From contig LPNZ01003397.1 of NCBI GenBank assembly GCA_001655205.1, positions 1 through 36,025 of the forward strand: a stretch of 36,025 nt of DNA, read 5' to 3'. The stretch is from Lenisia limosa. Its lineage: Eukaryota > Protista > Breviatea. The notes beneath the pieces are model-generated. The model ran no database searches. It had not been told where the DNA came from and was given only the letters and a program-made list of their open reading frames with translations. Of this stretch, positions 23,447 through 34,145 are shown in pieces. The position numbers and the translations under genes were made by a program. Each line of letters begins with the position of its first letter. Position 1 is the stretch's first letter.

Positions 23447-23770
23447 CACGAAGTTTGGTTCACAAAAGGTATGTGTCTAGAAAAGGGAGGGATTCCTCAA
23501 AGTACAATTTTGTTGTGTGCAAAGTTTTTGTTACTATTGTGACAATATATTTGGGAAGATAAAGGCTGAAGGATGGGAAAGAGGGCTCTAAAAAGGCCCG
23601 TTACGGTGGCGTGGCGGCGATGTTAAAAAAAAAAGAAAAAAGAAGAAAGAGGAAGTCAGGAGGAATTGAGTGTGTGTGTGTGTTGTTTTAGATTATTACA
23701 ACCTGTGTGTTATTATTAAATACAAAAGAAAGAACTGAAGTGAAATAGAAAATTTAGTGAAAAAAATACA
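23447..23770. promoter_or_regulatory. Probable bidirectional promoter between divergent USP5 and ARM-FYVE genes
   Basis: 324-bp spacer between two head-to-head start codons, with a GC-rich core (ggcccgttacggtggcgtggcggcg), an A-tract and (GT)7 at 23670-23683. Function is inferred from position only. Confidence 0.5.
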
Positions 23771-26189
23771 ATGGAAGGTTAGTGCTTTAGTTGGCAATTC
23801 AGATTTCAATATTAATATAAATGATGATATCGCCTCTTAATATTCGCAGCCATTGCCCGCTTGGTCGACGATATCCAGCTCTCCAAAGACAACGACAAAA
23901 TCAAAGCTTATTTGGAGGAAAGTGTTGCTTTAATGAAAGCCAAAGGTGCTCTCTTTCTTTTTCAGCTTTGTGACTCTTCACCATATTGATTAACTCCTCT
24001 CTAGAAGAAACACTTGACTATTTTGTGAGATCTGGAGGATGTGAGGCTTGTATCAAGCTTCTTGAAGACCCCAGTTCAATTTCCCCCGAAATTGGTTATG
24101 TTGCCTTGCTTGCCATGCATCTTCTTACCTTTGGAGGTGAGCAAGGGAAATGTAGTTTGGTGTCTAGAATGGGATACAAGGAATGTTCCTGGCTTTTGTT
24201 TATATGTGTAGAGGAGTTTCGTCACCGAATGATCCAGTCCAATGCCGTCCCAATTATCCTGAAGGCTATGCGGGCCTGGTTGAAGCATGAAGAAACTCTT
24301 CTTGAAGCTGCCCAGGTGAGAGAAGGCATTTGCGTATCATCGAAAGGCTGTCGGGGAAGGCATCGCTCTGATACTAGTATTATATATCTTGGGCTGGTGT
24401 CACTACTACTTTTTTTTTTTTATAAGAAAGGATCTGCGCCAGAAGAAACAAAATCTTTGTGCGGGTATGTGTCAACTTTCATTCAAAATCGATATATATG
24501 ATATATATTTTTATTATTATTATTATTACCATTATAGAGCAAAAGGGTTGGGTCTCTTGATCACTTCCTCTTTTGAACACTTTCACTTGATAAAAACTGT
24601 AGCTTTGCTGAAGAGAGTATCTGTTGTGTTCAACCCCATTGCAGCTGTTTCATGACGAACACAACAGATACTCTCTTCAGAGACTGCCTCTCAAAAGCGC
24701 ATTCTTCCGATAACAAAGTGCCAAGAACTAAAAACATTCACATAACCTTAAAATCCCATCCCTATAATATTTGTAGCTACCTACCATAGGGATATGTGTG
24801 AGTAGTTCCATTTCGTGAGGTTTTTTTTCCAACTCTCAAGGTTCTTGCCAACCTTGGACACCTCGGGGGCACGTGGGTGCCTGATGAAGGTCAAAACGCC
24901 TGCAAGAACTGTGCACGCAAATTCAGGTTTGCTTTGTTTTGGAAAAGCCTTCACTGCATAGGATGTTTATGAGGCCAAAGCATCACTGTAGACACTGCGG
25001 GTAAGGGGGTGGTTTGGAATAGCATTCAGTAATAGACCTTTTATTTTCCAGATACGTGGTGTGTGGTGAATGTTCCGACAACTCAGCCCTCGTCCCAATT
25101 ATGGGCTTCACTGGTGAGCTTGGATGCCACAATAATATGACCAGTATTTCATATAATATCATATGATATCATATATTATACAATATGGCAATGATACATA
25201 GTGTTATATAGTACATAGTAAATATCGATTATATTTGATATGCATATCTTATGGCGCGTCTACTAAGCAGCCTCACTGGCCTCCTAGACTTGGGGATCTC
25301 AACACCTGAGACCTTGTCGAGCCACATATAATCTGTTCTTCTTTGAAGACGTTATCAATATTCACGATATTATTATTCCATAAAGCCTTTGATGTCTGCA
25401 ATTCTAACTCTCTGACACCTCCTGAATCTGTGGCATAAGACGGATTTAGGAGGGCCTACCTTTGGTAATCTGCTGAGGCTTTTGTCCTTATTCATGAATC
25501 TAACAGAGTTGTAAGGCAAACGATTGGATGAATTAATATTTCATAAACATGTTGGTATGGACGGCTTCGGCCAGAACCTAATTTTTTTTATTTATCACTG
25601 CTATATAATGGATATAATATACTATAAATTTTCGAAAATAAAGGTGTTAAAATATTTCTGGAGACCATATCTAGACCTTTTTTTCAAAATGACGGAAAAT
25701 GGCTTCTATTTTGCGTAATACCTCTCATGTTAAAAACTGGACCAATATGGTCCTGTGGTCCATAAAAGGATAGCTATGATATGATATGATCTGATATGTA
25801 GAATATTCAATTGTGACGTGTCATAACCTCCCAGATACCCCAGTTCGGCTTTGCCTCAACTGCTATCCAATTGTTCTCAAAGTCAACAAGGTCTGGGGTT
25901 TCTCAGTATCCACAGTGCATGTTAGAAATATTTCATTTAATATTTGGTCGATGTGTTTTATTATTTCAGGTACATAAATGTTTATCTTTTATAATAACAG
26001 CCATTACATTTTCAGGTTTATGCCAAGTCGCAAAAGGTGCAAGAACCTGAGCAATCAGCCCCCCAGGTATGTAATTACACACTCCCACAATGTCATTGTC
26101 TTTTTGGTATATTTGTGACATTTCGGTTTCAGCGATGAATTCTCTAGGGCTCAGAAATTACAGAGGCAGCAGCCCCTGAAGCCATGTAG
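23771..26189 (+). CDS. Armadillo-like helical repeat protein with a C-terminal FYVE zinc finger
   Basis: MEAIARLVDD...GGCEACIKLL...NAVPIILKAMRAW (ARM-like). FYVE: WVPD...CKNCARKFRMFMRPKHHCRHCGYVVCGECS...PVRLCLNCY, with 8 Cys and WxxD. The last exon is ambiguous (stop at 26138 or 26189). Confidence 0.85.
25135..25250. repeat. Representative AT-rich pentamer-periodic palindromic block (dispersed intronic family)
   Basis: atataatatcatatgatatcatatattatacaatatggc contains overlapping 14-bp palindromes. Related blocks lie near 299-331, 10931-11101, 12410-12470, 13930-13970, 19840-19865, 22620-22775, 25770-25805, 27000-27105, 28100-28165 and 30830-30880. Confidence 0.75.
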
Positions 26190-26283
26190 TCACTAATTAA
26201 GTTTACTGACGATGGATTGTGTTTATCTTATCAATGCTGACAAGCAATATTAGTCAATAGTATCACTTCAATAATAATAACAA

Positions 26284-28772
26284 TTAAAATAATTGTGACA
26301 TAGGAATCACATAGGCGCCTTCACTTTCGCCACCTGGGTAGTTAATTTGTATTGTCTGAAAAATAATCCCTGGCATACTTGTGGGAACTGCAGAGTAACT
26401 TGTGTCAAATATCGTGTTCTGAATTGTGAGATGTATGAGGGAAAAAAGCCTCACTTTTTGGTTGAGAGGGTACTCGGAGTTGGCGTGTAAGTCAGCAATC
26501 TCCTCATCAGTGAATGTAGCGGAGTTGAAAATTCTCAGCTGCGGGGTAAAAACAAGGGGGGCTTTGTGTTTTTGTAATGCGCAAGATTTCATTTAATGAC
26601 AGATGATATGTGTTGCAATTAATATGCCAAACATACGTCAACACCAATAATACTTTTGCACACGTGAAAGACAAAAAAAGCAGTTGAAAGAGAGGTTAGT
26701 GATTAGCTCACATATTGCACAAATGTTCCAACGTTGATATTATTGGACGCCCCGTGGTAGGTCAAAGCACTTTGGGCCTGGAAACCACCAATAACAGCCA
26801 CCTGGAAGATTAAATTCGATGCTACAAGTGGCAAAGATACCCACACTTGGACTTGGGACGGTGGCGACATTCTCCATTGCCAATGTGTCATCAAACTCAC
26901 CACCGTTGACAACAAAGCGTAGATTCCCGGCGTCCACGCGGAGTAGAATATGGTACCATCCAGCTGGATAGGTGAGATCCGTAATATGTACCAAAATGAG
27001 AGAGATATGCTATGTACTATGTACTGTATGTATACATAGCCTCATGTATATTTGCAGAGAGAAAAACCATATTATATGTAGTAGTATTAATATATATGAT
27101 ATTACATGTTAAAGTTGGTCATTATTTCCCTCCATCCCTTCCTACTATTTAAAATGAATGAATATCAAGCCTCTGGACACCATTTTAACCCCCATATTTG
27201 TTGTTCTGCAAACCTGATGACGTCATTGCGAAGTTGAGTCCACGATCTCCACCCCACAAATGCAGCTCCGCAGAAGACAGCTAATTATACTTATCACATC
27301 AAATCAACAGTGATAGAACATTTTGAGTTTCTTTCCCAACTAACAAATCTGAATCCGAAGCCCCATTGTGAAGGCAACCCGGCAACTGAGAAAATGGTAG
27401 AGTCAATCGGTGCGCTTGGTAGGTACACCCGAGCTTCAATCACAAATTGGGCACTACATAATGATGATCATCTTTAGAAAAAGCTTCAATATATTGTATT
27501 CCGCACAAATCCCCATCCACCTGTTCAGGTAGAGAGGGGATAAAGTGTAAGCAGTATTTCCAACAATGTAAAGACCATAAATATCTTTTTTTGTCCAGTG
27601 AATGATCTCCTTACTGCACATTGAAGCATGGCAAATCTGTGATTGTCATTAAAAAGTGTGCCCCAACTTTTGCGGAAAGAAAACTGTCGGACGGGAGGTT
27701 TCCAAGAACAACCTTCATACTAGTTGCCTCACCTGGGCAACTGAGTGCAATCTGACGTATTCAACAATCCCAAAGACAAGGGAAATGAGAAAACAACAAT
27801 TGATATTTTGTGACGAAAAGACCCCCCTCCCAAACTGGCGTTGATGGTGTGGTTCTTGATGGTTGAGTCCATACCAAAGCGATGCTAAAAGATTGAGGGG
27901 CTACAAAGAAACACAGAGGAGTGTTTCTCCATTAAAGCTCAATTGTTATAGGTGTTCAAATAACCCACCTGGACAACAGCACCTTCAACCGAAAAAGACG
28001 GGTGAATGCTGAATGAGCACTCAGAAGACGTGGATGACCCAGCCGTCAGACCTGCAGTCATATGACTTGTGTGACTCTTTTCTACGTAAAAGATCTGAGT
28101 AATCTTCATATAGCTATAATATGATATAATATACTCGATCTGATATGGTACTATACGGATATAAAAGCAATTGTTACAATACCTCCCCATCGCTTCAGCC
28201 TTACCCAGGTCTTACCTCCCCATCGCTTTAGCCTTACCCATGTCTTACCTCCAAGGCTGGCAATCTAAACAGTAAGATGAGCAAATACTATAATATCACA
28301 CAAGATAATGTATAAAATCGAGTAAAAGGAAGAAAAATATTTTATAATTTATACTATAAGTTTAGCTGCTTCATGTCAACCATCCCACCTCATCACTGAT
28401 TGATTTTGTGCCTAAACAAGGTGAAGACCAAAAGTTAATGATCATATTATCAATATGAGAAGCACACAAAAAGCAGGGAAGCAGTACTGCAAGGATACTG
28501 CTAATTCAAATTCAATTCTATATAACAAAACCACACAAACAAACCTATAATAACATCTCCTGCATGGATTTTTTGGAGAGTGTGGAGGGAACCATCTCTG
28601 TCAGATGAATGGAAGTAGCGAGGTAAGAATAGGTGGAGGTGAGGCAGACTAAGGCGGAGGCAAGCAAATGCAAAGGCCAACCCACATACTGTTGATATTC
28701 AAATCCATAACAAGCAGAGAGACTCAGTAAGAGCAGTAAAAGGCCAATGGTGCTCTTCACCATCATCTTCAA
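26284..28772 (-). CDS. Secreted protein with a LamG/concanavalin A-like jellyroll domain
   Basis: Signal peptide MMVKSTIGLLLLLLSLSACYG. LamG-type segments FVIEARVYLPSAPIDSTIFSVAG, GWYHILLRVDAGNLRFVVNG, VAVIGG and QLRIFNSATFTDEEIADLH (compare ELRIWN.ALS..EI..L). TAA at 26284. Middle exons are only partly resolved. Confidence 0.7.
28181..28252. repeat. 33-bp tandem repeat (2 copies plus a partial) overlapping a 5' splice site
   Basis: acctccccatcgctt(c/t)agccttaccca(g/t)gtctt starts at 28181 and 28214, with a partial copy at 28247. Confidence 0.93.
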
Positions 28773-29102
28773 CCTGCCACCTTTACCTTTGTCAATTTGG
28801 CCACAATCTCACGCACTTTGCTGGCTAGTTGGCTAAATTTACTCCCCAATTGCACTCAAATAATTGCGCCATAAACAAACAATTGCAATAAAAAAATTCT
28901 GTTTCCACTGTTTCTGTTATCACAGGGGAAGACCCCCTAGATTTTTGGTTGGACCGGGAGGTAACGTGGAGGTAAATTGTCTTACTCCCATTAGTTAGAT
29001 TTTAACATTTTCATGTACCTTCGACATAAATTTTTCATTAAAATTTTATACAGATTTCAAGAGTACAACAAAACATGGCATAACGTAGACATGACATTAT
29101 TT

Positions 29103-32075
29103 TTAGACGAGAGCGAAGGTTCGGTCATTTGTGAACGCAACCTTGTCAACGGATGTGCCTGAAAGGTTAAGAGGACTATAGGACTCAGGTATTTCATTAG
29201 AGAGGCAGAGACATACTGTCAGGAGGGGTCAACATCGTAAATTCATCGTTGAACGGGTTAGTTGGTACACAGTTGTCGATGAGTGCTTTGTTACTCACAA
29301 CCTTGACGGGACAAGTTCCTGTGGGATGAACTTTGTGAGAATTATTCAGTGTTAGCCCTATCGAAATATCAGTGATGAACGAAGTGACAGTCCCAACTGA
29401 CCAGAATAATAGGCAAGGCCAAAGCCTCCATAATCCATAGCTGAGATCTTATTTGGTATGCAACCAAAGATGTCGGTAATGTCGAGAGGAGAGCCCTAAG
29501 GCGTCATTTGGTGTTACCAGTTGTATCAGCTTACTTGATCTTCAGTAATGGTGGGAATGCCAATAGACTTGAAGTAGCCACAAACATACACCTTGATATC
29601 ACCTAAAGTTAATGAGCCAACAAAACAATGGCGTGGAGCAAACCTGCTGTGGACTGGGTGATAAATCCACAATTAATATCAGAGCAATCGCTGGCAACGA
29701 TGGGGTCAGGAAGAGCCACTTCAGTCCAAGATGGATTGTGATTGGTGCTAGAGCACATCTGCTTCCAATTACTATAACCCCGATAGAAAGCCCGCCCGGT
29801 TTCTGCAGAGTAAAAGCGGGACATGTGTTGTGTAGAGAGCAGAGAAATGACAACATACTCGTGATTGCACCCATGGTATAGTACGTGCCGATGGCAAAAA
29901 CCGCCTCCTGTCCATCCGGAAGTGTGGAGGCTGCCCCGGCCTTTAATTATTAGTACTGTCAACTATGTTTTATTAGCCATGCATACCACAGCAGTTGTAA
30001 CAGAGCCTTGAGTTCCTGTTGACGATATTCCACCGGAGAAGATCACGCCATTTTCTGAAAATGAGCCTTGGATCCAAAGGAAATACAAGAAAGTCACCCA
30101 ATTACCATAAACAGCAGCTGTTCCATGAGTCATTGTACGATGAGCAATAACAAGTCCATTTTCAGGAGCGCCAGTGATCTAAGAGATCAACTTTGCGTCA
30201 ATAACTCTCACCGCAGTTGGAATAGAAACATCACTGTTACTTGTTCCATGAAGGAGGGCGTAATAGTCTCCACGCCCCCATGTGTACAACACTCCATCAG
30301 CTACACTGTGAATTACAATTGAACTTATATACATACATATAACACTCAATACGAGTGCAGCGGCCTACTGGTTAAAGCCGACATTTGGTAGTGCCCTGCA
30401 CTGACCGATACAAACTTCGAGGAATGTGTCAAGAGCTACATATATGTATGATAAGTTGGCGATCGGAAGCGTTTCATACCTGAGGGGAGTAACCAGTGAG
30501 GCCTGCCATGAGACCGTAGTCGTTCTGTCCCCACAAGTAGAGGTTTCCATCTGAAGAGTAATGGAATGAGGTTAACATTTTTCACATCTGAAGTACATGT
30601 ACCCCGAAGGTAATACCGGCCCAACGTAGTATATGATAATCTCCACTTCCTGATAACATACCAGAAATGGCAATGGACGTTTTGAAGGCCGTGGCGACGT
30701 CAGTGTATTGGCCAGCCACCTCAAAAAGTGTACCAGTGTTATACGCCGTTGTGTCACCAGTGCCAAGTGCACCCATTGTGTTCTTTCCACATCCAACCAA
30801 GGACCCGGGTGCTGGACAATTACTACCATTATATACAGTGTATACTATATGATATGTATTATGTGTTCTACAATGTATATTAAAGCAGGATGGTAATTCA
30901 GAAAACTGGCTCGGATTTTCGTTCAATTTTCTCTAAGATTGGCGCATATTGAACGTGATTTACTCCAAAACTTGGAGTATTTCAAACTGAAGTAACGGGT
31001 AGTTATTAGCAAAAAGTAATTCGTTTCAAACAAGGCGTCTTAGAACAATTTTCGAGCAGCATCCGTGACAATTTTCCTGATTACCACCCTGCTTTAAACT
31101 ATATCATATCCTAATTCATGAAGGACACTATGATGATTTCAAGTAGAGCCTTTTGGCTCCAAAAAGACTGAATCCTCGATAAATCCTCAATAAATATCGA
31201 TATTTTTTTTATCTTTTGGAACGAGTTTTGGAACGGGAGTGAAGCTCTAATTTCAATAATCTATCCTAATATACTATATGTAAATCTGATATTCATCATA
31301 GAAAGTAGAAATAAAAAGGTTACCAGGCCGAGGCCGTCCGCATCAACACGATAATTTGATATGATAGGTATCATCCAACATACTAACGACGTGTTCTGAA
31401 CAAGTGGGGATGGCCGTCCATCCGGTACCAAGCGTGCAGCTGAATGTCGCATCACCAATGAGGTCGTCTAACTACTTTGTCAATCATTCGATATTGTCTC
31501 AAACTGATAACTAAAGTAGCCTATCTTTCAACGAAGATATTGACCTACCGCATTACACGTAAGTGTGCAAGTCCGTGTTGAGTTTGAGAACCACTTGCAG
31601 TCAAGGTTGTAGTTGCGAGAAGTCCTAACAGGGTCGATGTAGCAGATGACGTCTATAAAGTGATAGCAAGGCCAACGTAATTTCAATAACAATCCCTCGT
31701 ACTGCTGACTGATATGGCCTCGTCAAGGTCCATCTAAACCATTAAATCATAAAATGCCGAGATAGGGAGATGGTTTCCGATACCGGACCAACATTGCGCA
31801 CATCTGGACACCTTCCCAAAAACAAATACTACCATTATTCCAATTACTCAACAAACAAACAAATATTTTGGTCACATTTGGTTACATTAATAACGCTATT
31901 GCAATAGATGGTCTGTCACAGAATTTTAGCTTCCTCTAACCTTTCGAATTGGGTGGTCTGGCTGGGATGGTTGCGCTACTGATAATGTCACTTTTTCATC
32001 TTTGTCCATTACTACAATTGCTCCGTAGCAACAGTGAAACAGGAGCACAAGCAATAAAAGCCCAGAAATAGGCAT
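29103..32075 (-). CDS. Secreted protein with a Sushi/CCP-like module followed by RCC1/BLIP-II-like repeats
   Basis: Signal peptide MPISGLLLLVLLFHCCYG. Sushi-like TCTLTCNAVDDLIGDATFSCTLGTGWTAIPTC. RCC1-like repeats GSLVGCGKNTMGALGTGD, DGNLYLWGQNDYGLM and DGVLYTWGRGDYYALLHG, with linkers such as FVSVSAGHYQMSALT. TAA at 29103-29105. No C-terminal transmembrane segment seen. Confidence 0.75.
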
Positions 32076-32590
32076 TCTTCCGATCGGTCGGGGAATTGAG
32101 TTGGTGTGTGTAGTGTGTATGTCAAAGTGTTGTTGTTGTTGCACTGTTGTCACACTGTTATGTTGTTGTGTTCAAGGGTTCAAGGTGGCAAAACTTAACT
32201 TTGAACTTTAATGCATCAATAATCTGGGGGGTATATTCACCCTAGAAACAGAAAAGTCTCCGATTTTGCACCCCTTCATAAGTAGACCCCCACCCCCTTC
32301 ATATAGACCNNNNNNNNNNNNNNNNNNNNNNNNNNNNNNNNNNNNNNNNNNNNNNNNNNNNNNNNNNNNNNNNNNNNGGGCCTGAGGTAAAATTACAGAG
32401 CAGGCACGGACACCCATCTGACGCCATCTTCCCGGGGCGCCCCGGGTCTCATAAGGAAAGGACTAATTTTTCCGAGAATATACCCGCCGGCGTCCAGGGA
32501 AACGCCATCGAACTTTTTTCATATATTCATATATTTCATACTATCTATGTCTCAGGTTTTGGAATTTGGGGCGCTTTCCCCCCCAGCAAA

Positions 32591-33642
32591 ATGGAGCTTG
32601 AGTCCGTTGAAGACAAGCACCACACGTACTTAATGTTGAGTAGGAGGGCTTAGAATAGCATTTCTTGAATACAATCGTTTAATCAAGTATTGATTCATCT
32701 GAAATACCCTATCCTCATGTGAAGTATTTTCTTGCTACTAGCTTTGTTAAGATTTAGTCGGAGTCAATGTACTCCATTTTACAATTGAGGTGTATCCCAT
32801 CCAGCTATGTACATGCGGCTCAGAAGGAAACAATACCCTGAGGTTGAGGTTGGTTGATTATTGCACTCCACCATTAACATGCAGGTGAAGGAAGCTGAAG
32901 GTAAGGGACGAGGATTGTAAGAACTCTGGGGGCCTTGCTTCAGGTGACTTGGTCTACGAGTATCTTGGCGAGGTCCTTGACTACAAGTCTTTCAAGAAGC
33001 TGTCGAATATGAGAGAGAAGTATGTGCCAGGCCAGAATATCTTTTACTGCTTAGGGAAACAGCCGCTTCTGTTTCATGTCCCTTGGCGGAGACCTTTCAT
33101 TGACGCAACCAGAAGAGGTGGGACTAGTCACCAACATAACTTTGGCTGACTCTCTAGGTTCAATTTCCATTAACCACAGTGTAACCCCAATTGTGAAACA
33201 CAGAAATGGGTTGTTAACCAGGTTTGCTTCATAAGATTAGCCGCATGGCTATCTACATAGCGATGGCAAATGACCTTCTTAGGAAGTACGAGTGGGCCTG
33301 TTCGCCATTACTGACATCGCCCCTGGCACCGAATTTACATTCGATTATCAATTCGAATCATATGGTGGAGGTTAGTGAAGGCTCCTTGTTACTATGGTCG
33401 ACCATCACATTTATTGTGGATATTTCTGACGTTGGAGAACCGCAGAAATGTTATTGTGGAGAGGACTGCTGTTCTAGCTATATTGGAGGAGTAAAGAACA
33501 ACGCCCAAGTAGGCCGAAGACCAAAGGGTGTAGCTTACCTTCAGGTTGCGCGGCTGCAAAAGGAAAATCCCATGTTCAGTGACAGCAGTGATGACGACAT
33601 GGAGCTAGATAGTGACGAGTCAGGAAATGAAGTAAGTGACAA
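32591..33642 (+). pseudogene. Unprocessed, frameshifted, 3'-truncated tandem duplicate of the downstream SET gene
   Basis: Collinear with about 34146-35410, introns included. It lacks 139 nt (34184-34322 of the intact copy), has an 8-nt deletion in GRGLFLSK, a 6-nt deletion removing SRF codons, and a 1-nt deletion in NHSC (accacagtgtaacc versus accacagttgtaacc). Similarity stops after agtgacaaggttg. Confidence 0.88.
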
Positions 33643-34145
33643 GGTTGTCCGATTCAACTAACCTTCAGTTCATCAGTTGGCGGCTAAGTAAGATGGTGCC
33701 TTTCCGATACCCAAGATCATTTGATCTTAGTTATCAACAATCAGCAGTCAATTATTCTTGTAAGTTGTGTGCACTTTCCTATCCCGTTTTCCTACCTCTA
33801 ACCTTTTCCGTAGTAACTGCCAACCACGTGTTATAATGTATGTACTTTAATTGTGTCTCTTCTGTGTTGATGTAGTTGGGGCAAATCAGCTTTATTCATA
33901 TTGAAGAATTCAGAATATTATTGGTCATATCACCATTCTGCTAATTTGTGATCTTTTGTGATCTGGTCGTGATCTAGTGATTGTTTATAATGCGCGCAAC
34001 CGCAACTGAACATACATTAGCAAAAAAAAATAAAACCACAAAAAAAAGAAGAAAAGCAATCTGGAAAAGCACACCTTTTGTGGACAGTTTTTTAATTTTA
34101 TAAAGAGGGACAACACTTTCTGGATTCCCCTTTTTTTTCGGCAAA

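Noticed and set aside
25290-25400. MAP-kinase-like snippet FEDVINIHDIIIP
   Set aside because: It is too short, flanked by stops, and has no other kinase motifs; likely chance.
5750-28252. 32-33 bp repeats as a CRISPR-like array
   Set aside because: The units are directly adjacent with no spacers, are unrelated to each other, and no cas genes are present.
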